This document shows, in pieces, positions 35,036 through 44,353 of a stretch of 48,085 nt of DNA (position 1 is its first letter; each line of letters starts with the position of its first letter). The notes under the pieces were generated by a model. The model was not told where the DNA came from. It made no database searches and was given only the letters and a program-made list of their open reading frames with translations. Both the position numbers and the translations under genes were made by a program. The stretch is from Gemmatimonadota bacterium (GTDB lineage: Bacteria; Latescibacterota; UBA2968; UBA8231): contig JAYOYH010000035.1 of assembly GCA_038153405.1 (NCBI GenBank), positions 1 through 48,085 of the forward strand. Direction: 5' to 3'.

Positions 35036-36324
35036 CGGCCAATCACAAAAGCGCCGCGATCGCGCAGAATCGGAATGACATTTTCGCGCGAATCGGATGA
35101 GAGGTTGTTCCCGCGCACCCAGATGCTTTTGAGGCCGTCCATATCCAACAGCGGCGAGAGGTCAGAGACTTCATTGTCCGTCAGGTTGAGCGTGGCCAGT
35201 TGGTCGAGGTCTCGCAGCGGCGAGAGATCCGTTACGCTGTTTTGCGCCAGGTTGAGGAACTTTAAGCGCGTCAGGTTCGACAGGCTGCTAACGTCCGAAG
35301 TGCCGGTGTTGGGCAGGTTGAGTTCCTCGAGCAGAATCAATCCTGCCAGCGGCAACAAGCTTTCGACCGGCGTGTCGCGCACGGTGAGAACCTTGAGTTT
35401 TATCAGGGAAGCCAGCGGCGTCAAATCGCTAAAACCCTGTATGTCCTCCGATGCAGAAAAGCGGATAAAGAGCGTTTCTACGTTGACCAGACGGTTCATG
35501 CCGCTGAGCGTTTGGATCGCCCCCGTAGTATTGAGGAAGAGTAGATCTTCCAATAGATCGTCGGTAACCGGTCCTTTTAGACCGCCCAGATGCGCTCGAA
35601 TATCTTCTTCGAGAGCCGCATCAAATGGGCTTTCGAAAGGCTGGTAGTAGTGTACGTCGACGCCGCGCCGAACCAGTGGATCAATCGCGGCCACGTCGGC
35701 GAGGGGATTGCCCGAAAGCTCCAAATCCGTCAGCAGCCGCAGTCCCAGTAGAGGGGTTATATCGCGGATCTGATTGTTGTCGAGGTTGATCAGGCGCAGC
35801 CGGCGCAAATCGGCCAGCGGCGCAATATCGACGATCTCGTTGTTTTGCAGATCGAGATGGGACAGCTGTTGCAGGGTGCGCAGACCCGCAATATCGACAA
35901 TCTCGTTGTTGGACAGATTGAGCGCGGTCAGGCGCTGCAGCGAGGAGAGCGGCGCCAAATCGCTCACGCTGTTATCGGATAGGTCAAGCGTTTGCACGTC
36001 GACTAGCGACGACAGGGGAGTTAGATCGCCCAGTGCATTGGCTCCCAGATCGATCGTACGCAGTCCCGTCAGGCGTTCGATGCCGTAGAGGGAGGTGATG
36101 CCGCACTGGGCGGCAGGCAGCGCATCAATCCCACCCAGTTGCTCAGCACCGAGTGCGCCGCGTGGCTGGTCAAGCGCTTCGCGCACGACGCGCTCCAAGG
36201 CCACGTCGGCAAATTCCGTGTGATCGAACACCTCGGACGGATTGACCGCCAGCGGCGGCGTTGGCGCGTCCTGACAGGCTAAGGTGAGTAATGCTGCAAG
36301 CGCGAGTACGATATTGATCATCAT
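35032..36324 (-). CDS. Cassette 2 gene D': internalin-like LRR lipoprotein
   Basis: Lipobox LTLAC. Cap DHTEFADVALERVVREAL. 22-aa LRRs in two blocks. Ends IPILRDRGAFV. Confidence 0.88.
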   Translation of the reverse strand: MMINIVLALAALLTLACQDAPTPPLAVNPSEVFDHTEFADVALERVVREALDQPRGALGAEQLGGIDALPAAQCGITSLYGIERLTGLRTIDLGANALGDLTPLSSLVDVQTLDLSDNSVSDLAPLSSLQRLTALNLSNNEIVDIAGLRTLQQLSHLDLQNNEIVDIAPLADLRRLRLINLDNNQIRDITPLLGLRLLTDLELSGNPLADVAAIDPLVRRGVDVHYYQPFESPFDAALEEDIRAHLGGLKGPVTDDLLEDLLFLNTTGAIQTLSGMNRLVNVETLFIRFSASEDIQGFSDLTPLASLIKLKVLTVRDTPVESLLPLAGLILLEELNLPNTGTSDVSSLSNLTRLKFLNLAQNSVTDLSPLRDLDQLATLNLTDNEVSDLSPLLDMDGLKSIWVRGNNLSSDSRENVIPILRDRGAFVIGR

Positions 36325-36347
36325 GGCAACTATTGAGTAGATGAGTA

Positions 36348-36375
36348 AAGATAGGGCCTAGTTAGCGCGCGTCAA
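36348..36375 (-). promoter_or_regulatory. Candidate internal sigma70-type promoter for the extra LRR + CTD gene pair
   Basis: TTGACG (36375-36370), 16 nt spacer, TATCTT (36353-36348), in a 57-nt gap, the widest inside either cassette. Confidence 0.45.
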
Positions 36376-36381
36376 AGGTCC

Positions 36382-38217
36382 TCAATAAACGACGTTTACT
36401 AGCCCGTAGCGGGCCGTTTTTTTTGCGTCGGCATCGATCTGCAGCTGGTAGAAGTAGGTGCCCGGAGCTACCCGCGCTCCTGAGGCATCGCGGCCGTCCC
36501 ATAGGCGCATATACGAACCACTTGGATCCTCGGACGCATAGCCTCGGCGCAGCAGGCGTCCGCTCAGGTCGTAAATGCCAAACGCAATGTCGGCCGGCTG
36601 TGTCAAGCGCAGCACGTTGTAGGTAAGCACCAGATAATCGTTGCTGCCGTCGCCGTTGGGCGTAAAGAGCGCGCTGCGCAGGCGGGGATCGTCCAATAGC
36701 TTCTCGCGGTGCGAAGCCAAGCGCACGCGCAACGTGCCGCCCGGCGTGCGCGGGTCTACGTCGGCGGCCATCGCCGATTGGTAAGCGTCTTCATCGCCCG
36801 TTCCCGTAGGGCGGCGATCGCGCGCACGCACGCGAAAGTCCGTTCCGTCGACGAATACACGCGCGCGAAAAAATATCTGCACAAACGACCCTTGTGGGTT
36901 GATGCGCTCGGCAAAGCGCAGCGAAAAACCGCCGTTCACCAAGCGCTCGGCGCTGTAGAACGCCGGACGATCCTGCACATAGACGCTGTCGATGGCAACG
37001 ATCTCGGCGCGCGTTTGCACTTCGATATAGCGAAATCCCGAATCGACGCCGCCCGTATCTTCGATGCGGCGCGCGCGCAGGTCGATGGCAAAGGGCGTCT
37101 CCTGACCGGGATAGACCGCGACCGGATTGATTTCGGCCGACAGCTCCTGGGCCAGCGGACGGCTGGTGTATTCGATGGCGACTTGTTCGATGCGCGTGCC
37201 GGGCTGCAGGACCTGAACGCGAAACTGAATAACGGCCTGCGGCGGCGACGATATCTGTCCGTCGTTGAGTGATTCCCATGCACTCCACAGCGGATTTTCG
37301 CGCGGTGGCGCCTGAATGCCGGGAATGGCAGTGGTCCAATCACTCTTGCTCACTAGTACCAGATCGGCTCCGCGTTCGAGAAAGTACTGCACCGGCGCCA
37401 AGTCGGGCCCGCTGCGCGTCTGCACGATAATCGGCAGTTCGTCAGGCGGTAGGCCGTTTACCGACAGGCGCCCCCATACCGGTTGCGCATTGCGCACTTC
37501 CAGAGGCACCGATAGATACTCGCCGGGCGGGGCCGAACCGTCGGCGATAATCTCGATCTCCGCCACTTCCCAGTCGCGCTCGCTGAGCGTGCGCAGCCGC
37601 ACGTGACGCATCGGCCTCGGGTCATTCGGCTCGTTGGGATGCGGCCAGAGCACGATACTCTGGTCATTCGGCGCATTGATATGCGCGTTGATCAGCGTAG
37701 GGCTACCGCAGCACACGTCAAATATATCGGTGGCAATTTCCGCCGGGTCGAGCGCATCGGAACCGAGTTGAAACGCCTGCAAATAGCGGTTGCGATGGCC
37801 GGAATCAAGGCGAGGAAAAAAGCGAATTTGCTCCACGCCGTAATGGGCCCCTAGGTCGATATAGACATCCATCTGGCGCTGGGCGCCGTCCGCTTCCGGA
37901 TCAAATGCGGTGCCGGCATCGCCGTCGATCATACGCCCGATGCTCGGCGTGCGCAGTAGGGCCGGATAGAGGCCGCCCACTGCGTCGGCTTTTTCAGCAA
38001 TGGCAAAGATGCGACCTCCGCGCTCTAGGATGCTTGGCGCGATATTTTCACCGCGCACAGCCTGCCAGATCCACAGGGAATCATCGGCTACAGAAAGGCG
38101 GTTGGATTCCTCGCGCACCTGCGCAAAAGAGAGCCCGGCGCGGCCAATAACCAGCGATTCAACGGCCAAGAGCACAGTCGGCGCCAAGAGCGCACAGCAC
38201 AGGACGAGCGATCTCAT
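36382..38217 (-). CDS. Cassette 2 gene E: secreted discoidin-like protein with C-terminal FlgD-Ig / T9SS type-B-like domain
   Basis: Signal peptide. IDGDAGTAF..YIDLG..IRFFPRLDS, QTRSGPD..WSAW, TPNGDGSND..WDGRD..PGTY..NVVY. ATGA overlap. Confidence 0.8.
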   Translation of the reverse strand: MRSLVLCCALLAPTVLLAVESLVIGRAGLSFAQVREESNRLSVADDSLWIWQAVRGENIAPSILERGGRIFAIAEKADAVGGLYPALLRTPSIGRMIDGDAGTAFDPEADGAQRQMDVYIDLGAHYGVEQIRFFPRLDSGHRNRYLQAFQLGSDALDPAEIATDIFDVCCGSPTLINAHINAPNDQSIVLWPHPNEPNDPRPMRHVRLRTLSERDWEVAEIEIIADGSAPPGEYLSVPLEVRNAQPVWGRLSVNGLPPDELPIIVQTRSGPDLAPVQYFLERGADLVLVSKSDWTTAIPGIQAPPRENPLWSAWESLNDGQISSPPQAVIQFRVQVLQPGTRIEQVAIEYTSRPLAQELSAEINPVAVYPGQETPFAIDLRARRIEDTGGVDSGFRYIEVQTRAEIVAIDSVYVQDRPAFYSAERLVNGGFSLRFAERINPQGSFVQIFFRARVFVDGTDFRVRARDRRPTGTGDEDAYQSAMAADVDPRTPGGTLRVRLASHREKLLDDPRLRSALFTPNGDGSNDYLVLTYNVLRLTQPADIAFGIYDLSGRLLRRGYASEDPSGSYMRLWDGRDASGARVAPGTYFYQLQIDADAKKTARYGLVNVVY

Positions 38218-39629
38218 CGTATGCCGATAACGGAAATGCCGCGCGCGCGCAGCGCCGGAATATGCTCTTCAATAGATGCTCTGCTCAGCGGATTATTCCC
38301 CAGTGAAACAATCTTCAAGTTTTCCAGCGCCAACAGCGGCGCTACGTCGACAATGCGATTAGAGGCCATGCGCACGTCTTCGAGCGAAACCATACGCGCC
38401 AGCGGCGCGATATCGACAATGGCGTTGGACGCAATGTTGAGATGGGTAATGCCGCGCAGCGAGGTCAGCGCCGAGATATCTTCGATGTCGTTGCTGGCCA
38501 AGTCGAGCTTTTGTAGGCGCAGCAGGCGGCGCACCTGGTGAATCTCGCGTATCTGGTTGCCGGTCAGGATGAGTTCGCGCAGCTCGAGCTGATTGCCCAA
38601 CCCGTTGAGCGTGGTCAGCCGACCTATGCTGACGCGCAGCGACGCAAGGCGGCGCAATTCACGCAGAGGGCGCAGATCGATAATCGGCGTGCTGATAATA
38701 TTGAGCGAACGCAAATTTTCCAGTTCGGCCAGCGGCCCCAAATCGTTGAGCAGAGCGCGGCTACCGCGAATGGATAGCGCCTCTAGGTTTTGCAGATGCT
38801 CGATGCCGCCGAGCGTTTCGATCGCACCGGTGACAACCAGTTCGCGCACGCGCAGAAAGTCGTCCTCCTCCAGAGGACCCACCGGTTTGTCGAGCGCCGT
38901 GCGGATGCTCGTCTCGACGTGCTCGCTGCTGATGGTCAATGCCTCGGCGTAGTACGTCACTTCGACGCCGCGCTGGCGCAGCGCGCTCAGCGTCGAGCGC
39001 TCCAGTGGGTTACCCGACAGTTCGACGCGGCGCAGCAGCGGCAGGCCGGTCAGCGGCGCGATATCGCGCACCAAATTGTTGTCGAAGTTGAGCTGGCGCA
39101 GGCGGCGCAGGCCGCGCAGCGGCGCCAAATCGGATACGGCGTTGTCGTCAAAGTCCAGCGCTTCCAAGCTGGTCAACGCGGCCAGCGGTGCCAAGTCGGT
39201 CACGGCATTGTCGGCCAGCACCAGCACGCGCAGGGCGCGCAGCGGAGCGAGATATTCGAGTGAATCGAGGCGATTGTGCGCTAAGTCGAGCGTGTCGAGC
39301 GCGGCTAGGGCGGCGAGCGGTGCCAGCGCACCGCTGCCCAAGGCATTGCCGGCCAGGTGCAGGCGACGCAGGTTCGACAGGCGCTCGATTCCTTCGAGAC
39401 GAGCGATACCTCGCTGCGACAGGTCGAGTCGGTAGATTGACTGTAGGTCGGCCTCGGCTAGCGCGCTGCGCTCCTGCGATAGCACCTGGCGCACCGCGCG
39501 CTCGAGCGCCTCGTCGGCAAACGCGGTGTGATCAAAGAGCACGCTGTCATCCGGACCGGGCTGCAGCGGTACGTCGCGCGCGCTGCAGGCGGTCAAGGCA
39601 AGAGCGTATAGAAGTAGACATTTCTTCAT
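38214..39629 (-). CDS. Cassette 2 gene D: internalin-like LRR lipoprotein
   Basis: Lipobox ALTAC. Cap DHTAFADEALERAVRQVL. Two LRR blocks, closed by RQRGVEV and RARGISV. Confidence 0.88.
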   Translation of the reverse strand: MKKCLLLYALALTACSARDVPLQPGPDDSVLFDHTAFADEALERAVRQVLSQERSALAEADLQSIYRLDLSQRGIARLEGIERLSNLRRLHLAGNALGSGALAPLAALAALDTLDLAHNRLDSLEYLAPLRALRVLVLADNAVTDLAPLAALTSLEALDFDDNAVSDLAPLRGLRRLRQLNFDNNLVRDIAPLTGLPLLRRVELSGNPLERSTLSALRQRGVEVTYYAEALTISSEHVETSIRTALDKPVGPLEEDDFLRVRELVVTGAIETLGGIEHLQNLEALSIRGSRALLNDLGPLAELENLRSLNIISTPIIDLRPLRELRRLASLRVSIGRLTTLNGLGNQLELRELILTGNQIREIHQVRRLLRLQKLDLASNDIEDISALTSLRGITHLNIASNAIVDIAPLARMVSLEDVRMASNRIVDVAPLLALENLKIVSLGNNPLSRASIEEHIPALRARGISVIGIR

Positions 39630-39643
39630 GCGCGCCCGCCGCG

Positions 39644-42385
39644 CTAGCGTTCGACTCCGGCGTAGACCGTAATAAAGCCACGCGTCGAAGTGCGTGGCCC
39701 TTCGACCTCGAAGTCCTGGCGGCTGATGGAAAAGCCGAGCACGGTCGTCAGCCGATAGCCCTGGTAGTCCGACACATCGGTCATTTGCAGCAGCGCCGTC
39801 AGCTCGGTAAAGCTATCGTCGGCGCGCGGCGGCGTCGGATCCTGCAGCTGGAAGAATTGATGGTACTCGAGACCGGCCTCCAGATAGGTGGTGTACATCA
39901 CGGGAAGGCGGCCGATGACCATGCCAATTTCGCTCAGTTCGCGCCGCGTTGCCTCCGTCGCGTTAAATGATGAATAGCGCAGAAACTCGCTCTTCCACGC
40001 CGGGATCAGCGAAAAGGGACCAGCACTTATGCGATACTCGGCCTTGTTGACCACGCCGAGAAAAGAAGTCTGATCGCTCATGTCGCGCAGGTCGAGTTCC
40101 TTGGCGCCATCGAGCTGGTGGTAGAGCTGCCAGCGCAGCATATTTTTCATTTTGAGACCGGGCATCGGTTCAAAATCTATGCCGAGCCACGAAGTATTTA
40201 CCAGCGTATTGCGCGCCGGCAGCGGGTCGCGCACCGGGCGCAGTTCGCCGCGCGAGTTGGGCGGCTGCACCCACTGGATCAGATCGTCGCGAATCGTGTC
40301 TTTGACTTTGCGCGCGTCTTGAAAAACGCGCAGACGGCCCCAAGAAAAGGCGTGGGCGCCGTTGAGCATAAAGTAGGTCGCCAAGTTGCGCCGCTTATCG
40401 GATATCTGCGCGATGCGCTGCTGGCCAACGGTCGTGCGCCAGTTGGGATGCACATAGCGCCCCAGATAGATATTGTACCCCTCCTGGTCGCGCCGATAGG
40501 GTAGGTCGGCCAGCTCGTCGTTTTCAAAGCGATCAATGGTGCCGTTGTGGTTCATATCGACGCCGTAGAGAAACTCTGGACGCTCGATGTGAAACCGCAG
40601 AAAGGGCTCTTCGTAGTCGGGTATGCGGTTGGGGCTATCGTTGTTGTCGTTCTGGTTAAAATCCGAAATAAAGTCATTGTTTTCGTCCCAGCCGGGAAAG
40701 ATGCTAATATCGCCGCTGGTAAAGCCGCGCCGCCGCCAGTCGGGATCGCGGTCCTGGTCGTCGTTGTCATCGACGTACTCGTAGAGCTTGAGATCGTCGG
40801 CGTAGTCGACAATACCCGTCTCCTGCACCGTGCGAAACGAGGTGGCATAGTTGGGGTCGGTATGAAAAAATTCACCGTAGACAAAGTAGGGATGCGTCAC
40901 GCGCGAGACGTTGGCCATCCACGCCAGCGCTTTGCGGCCGCTGGCGTGGTGCTCTTCGAGATTGGGATTGGGGAACTTGCTCCACCGGTTGTTTACGTTT
41001 ATTTCGAAATAACCGTCGAGACCTTCCAAATCGGTGAGTTCTACGGTAAAGCCGGCGATCTGGTTGGCCGTCGGCAAGCCATAATCAAAGACCAACACGC
41101 GCTGGTTAGAAGAGTCTCTGACGTTGCCGCGAGCGTTGGCTACCGGCACAAAAACCTGGCGTAGAAAGATATCCGTCTGCAGGTCTGAACTTACTTCGAT
41201 TGCATAGTCGTTGGCCACGACCAACTCCAGCTGAATGCGTGCAATTTCCGCCGGGTCGGGCCCCGAATAGGTGCGGTCGAGCAGATCGTAGCGCAAGAGA
41301 ATTTCTTCACTGCCGTCAGCGGCCAAAAATCCCTTGCGCTGGAACCCCCCTTCAATGACGGCGCGGTAACCTATTTCCGAACCGCGCGTCTGGTTGCCCT
41401 CTAAATCCCACAGCAGGATATCGGAATCAAAAAGCGCGCCGCCGCCCACTCCGTCCTCCGGCGAGTCGTCCCTGATTTTGATTTCTATAAAGCTGAGATT
41501 TTCCAAGTTTTGCGAACCCGTCAGGCTGCCTTTGAAAAAGTTGCCGGATAGGGCATCGTTTTGCGTCTGCGAATGATGCGAGTTGATAAAGGTGCCACCC
41601 ACTTTGACGAAGTCACCGACCTGTAGCTCGACGCGCCCGCCGACCAAGTTGGTATTATCCGTGCGCGCCGCGGCCGTAATCTGGCCGGGGCTAGTCTGTG
41701 CGCCATCCGGCTCGCTAATGCGCGAGAGCAGCATAGTGCCCATATACTTGTCGGAGGCAAAGTCGAGCTGGATGCCATTAAAACGCGGCTTGGAAAAGGT
41801 CATCGGCGTCAGCGTCGTGCGAATTTGATTGCCCACCGTTATCGCGTAGTGGTACTGTCCTTTGTGATCGGAGGCAATGACGACATTGTTAAACCACGAA
41901 CCAAAGCGACCGTCTTTAAACAGCGTCGAGCCAAAGGGCTGCGGGTTTTCTTGGCGCCAGTCGAAAATGAGCCAACCGCGGTTGAGAAAGTTGCCGAACA
42001 AATCGTAGAAGTAGAATCCCTCGATAGAGGTAGACACATAGCGCTGATAGGTCTCGCGCGCGTAGTTGGAATACTCCCACTGTTTCCAACCGTACTCGGC
42101 GTAGAGTTCCTGCGGTATAAACCACTTGCGCACCGTCGGGTCGAGGGCGTCAAAAAGGACGCCGGGGCCGGTGGGATCAAACGAGACTTTGCCACCGCGT
42201 TTGACAGTGCCCAGGCGCGAACCGTAGGTCTGCGCATCGACGCCGACCGCCAGCGCGAGGAACGCAGCCATCACGAACCAACGCGTCGCCCAGCCAATCC
42301 AAACTGCTCGCACGGGTGGTACGCTGTGCCTTCGACGCGCTCTGCGCGTGGAGACCACCGCCGCAATATTCAACTTTTGTATCAT
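39644..42385 (-). CDS. Cassette 2 gene B2: large uncharacterised secreted protein, putative outer-membrane beta-barrel
   Basis: 913-aa ORF; the start is uncertain and may be up to ~110 nt downstream. VDA-QTYGSRLGTVKRGGKVSF. Colinear with 7474-10128 over the full length. Ends ITVYAGVER. Confidence 0.75.
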   Translation of the reverse strand: MIQKLNIAAVVSTRRARRRHSVPPVRAVWIGWATRWFVMAAFLALAVGVDAQTYGSRLGTVKRGGKVSFDPTGPGVLFDALDPTVRKWFIPQELYAEYGWKQWEYSNYARETYQRYVSTSIEGFYFYDLFGNFLNRGWLIFDWRQENPQPFGSTLFKDGRFGSWFNNVVIASDHKGQYHYAITVGNQIRTTLTPMTFSKPRFNGIQLDFASDKYMGTMLLSRISEPDGAQTSPGQITAAARTDNTNLVGGRVELQVGDFVKVGGTFINSHHSQTQNDALSGNFFKGSLTGSQNLENLSFIEIKIRDDSPEDGVGGGALFDSDILLWDLEGNQTRGSEIGYRAVIEGGFQRKGFLAADGSEEILLRYDLLDRTYSGPDPAEIARIQLELVVANDYAIEVSSDLQTDIFLRQVFVPVANARGNVRDSSNQRVLVFDYGLPTANQIAGFTVELTDLEGLDGYFEINVNNRWSKFPNPNLEEHHASGRKALAWMANVSRVTHPYFVYGEFFHTDPNYATSFRTVQETGIVDYADDLKLYEYVDDNDDQDRDPDWRRRGFTSGDISIFPGWDENNDFISDFNQNDNNDSPNRIPDYEEPFLRFHIERPEFLYGVDMNHNGTIDRFENDELADLPYRRDQEGYNIYLGRYVHPNWRTTVGQQRIAQISDKRRNLATYFMLNGAHAFSWGRLRVFQDARKVKDTIRDDLIQWVQPPNSRGELRPVRDPLPARNTLVNTSWLGIDFEPMPGLKMKNMLRWQLYHQLDGAKELDLRDMSDQTSFLGVVNKAEYRISAGPFSLIPAWKSEFLRYSSFNATEATRRELSEIGMVIGRLPVMYTTYLEAGLEYHQFFQLQDPTPPRADDSFTELTALLQMTDVSDYQGYRLTTVLGFSISRQDFEVEGPRTSTRGFITVYAGVER

Positions 42386-42427
42386 TCTCCTACCTTGTCG
42401 AAAAGGGCACCCAAACCACAGGCCGCG

Positions 42428-44353
42428 CTAGTATGCTACGGCGATGCTGCCCGAGTGCACTTCTTCAAACGCATCCGACTCGACGCGCAGCACCCATACA
42501 TAAGTGCCCGGCAACAGTAGATCACCGTCGCCCGTTCGCCCATCCCAAGTGAATTCAACGGGCCCAATGCCGAGTTCAGCGGAAAAAGCAGTACGCACGC
42601 GCCGCCCCGCCAAATCGTAGACTTCAAAGACTACCGGAGCGGGCTCCGTTATTTGCAACACGTTGAAAAACACGTCCAGCTGATCGTTGACGCCATCGCC
42701 GTTGGGGGTCAATAAACGCGTATTCGCAACGATCTCGCCGACGAGCTTGCCGATTTGTGGCTTGGGAATGGAGACGGCCAATCCCGACAGCGCATCGTCA
42801 TCTCCGGGGCCAAAGTTGACGGCATTGCCGCTGACAACAGCCTGCGGCACACCCGCGGCCGCGCTGTTAAAAGCGCGACTGCTAAACGTCGTGCCAAAGC
42901 GAAAAATCGGCAGGTCAAAGGTCAGCTCGAGCAGCGCCTGATCCTGCGTTACTAAGGGAAAGGAAATGCCGAAACTATCCTCGTTGGCAAAGTCGATAGC
43001 GTATTCAATTGGCTCGCCATTGATCTTCACTTCGCGCACGTCGGTCGTGGCCACGTTGGTATCCACTACGAGGCGATCGAAACCGTAGATCGGCAGCAGG
43101 TTGCCCTCCTCGTCGCCGGCGCGCTCCAGGCGCAGAGCATAGCGAAACGTGGCCGGCTCCTCGGCCTGCGTCAGACGCGGAAACACTTCGCCAACGATGC
43201 GATCGGCCAGCGGAGGACTGAGGTAGTCAAATTCGAATTGGTCTAATTCGCGCGTGCGAAACAACTCGCCGGCAAACTCGAACTGGAACTGCACGTAGCG
43301 ACGCGGCGACGGCGCGGTAATCAATTCGCCGCTGGCAACCGGTCTCCAAGTGCTCCAGTTGACGTCGTCTTCGCTAATTGGCCCGCGATCGAGCGGATCG
43401 AGCGCAAAAAAAGCATCCGGGCCAATATCGACTAACACGCGCGTCGGATTACCTCCCGCATCCGTGCCGCGCTCGACCCGGTTGTAGCGCAGTGGCGTAG
43501 GATCGGTTCCCGTGCGCACGCGCGCGCTGAGAGAGGAAAACTCCGCCTCGCCGACGGCATCTTCCAGCCAACGCACCGGGCCAACGGTGGCGCGCTGTCC
43601 AAGGTCAATGATGTCGGTAAGATAGGTGGCTCGCTGCAAATAACCCGTGCCGTAGACTTCGATTTCATCGATCTCAAACGGCACGTTGGCCAACGACTTG
43701 AGCCGCAGCACGCGCACGTACTGGGGCGGCACGGCGATATCGACGATGGGCTCTTCGTTTTCCACGTTGCGCTCGACGAGTATATCGGGCGATGCCAAGC
43801 TAGGGCGCTCGGGATTTATCCATAGCTCAAAGGCGCGTAGAAAATCGTTTTGGTAGGGGTGAGTTGGCGTCGGCACAACGGTGTTGCGCGGATAAAAGCG
43901 CACGCGCTGCACGCCGATGGCCGTGCCGAAGTCGAGAATGACGCGGACGTTGCGCGCGTTGACTTCTGGCTCAAACGCCGTCGGTTTGCGCGTAAAAGCT
44001 ACCGTTGGGCTGCCGTTTACCGTGCCGCGCAACTCGGCTTCAAAACCGCGCCCCACGTCGGGGGACGTAATCGAAGCTCCGGGCAGTAACACGCGCGCGG
44101 CGACGTTTTCTCCCTCTTCGAAAAAGAGCGGACTGATCCAACCTGGGCGCCGATCGAACTCAATCGAATCGTCCGGCGAGTTGGTCGTATCGATCGATGC
44201 GCCGCTGCGCACCTTGGGATCGATGCCGCTACCGCCGGTGCGCCAGGGCGTGGAAGGCGAACCAATGATAAACGTGCGCGCGCGCTGCGCGTCAACGCCG
44301 CCCGCAACAAGCAGCAGAGCAACCAGAGCGCATATTTCGCACAATCGCCGCAT
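42428..44353 (-). CDS. Cassette 2 gene C: secreted discoidin-like protein with C-terminal FlgD-Ig / T9SS type-B-like domain
   Basis: ATG 44353 in a TGATG overlap. RPGWISPLFFE, RVRFYPRNT, EIDEIEVYGTGY, FDLPIFRFGTTFS and TPNGDGVND..AVAY, all shared with 5543-7450. Confidence 0.8.
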   Translation of the reverse strand: MRRLCEICALVALLLVAGGVDAQRARTFIIGSPSTPWRTGGSGIDPKVRSGASIDTTNSPDDSIEFDRRPGWISPLFFEEGENVAARVLLPGASITSPDVGRGFEAELRGTVNGSPTVAFTRKPTAFEPEVNARNVRVILDFGTAIGVQRVRFYPRNTVVPTPTHPYQNDFLRAFELWINPERPSLASPDILVERNVENEEPIVDIAVPPQYVRVLRLKSLANVPFEIDEIEVYGTGYLQRATYLTDIIDLGQRATVGPVRWLEDAVGEAEFSSLSARVRTGTDPTPLRYNRVERGTDAGGNPTRVLVDIGPDAFFALDPLDRGPISEDDVNWSTWRPVASGELITAPSPRRYVQFQFEFAGELFRTRELDQFEFDYLSPPLADRIVGEVFPRLTQAEEPATFRYALRLERAGDEEGNLLPIYGFDRLVVDTNVATTDVREVKINGEPIEYAIDFANEDSFGISFPLVTQDQALLELTFDLPIFRFGTTFSSRAFNSAAAGVPQAVVSGNAVNFGPGDDDALSGLAVSIPKPQIGKLVGEIVANTRLLTPNGDGVNDQLDVFFNVLQITEPAPVVFEVYDLAGRRVRTAFSAELGIGPVEFTWDGRTGDGDLLLPGTYVWVLRVESDAFEEVHSGSIAVAY

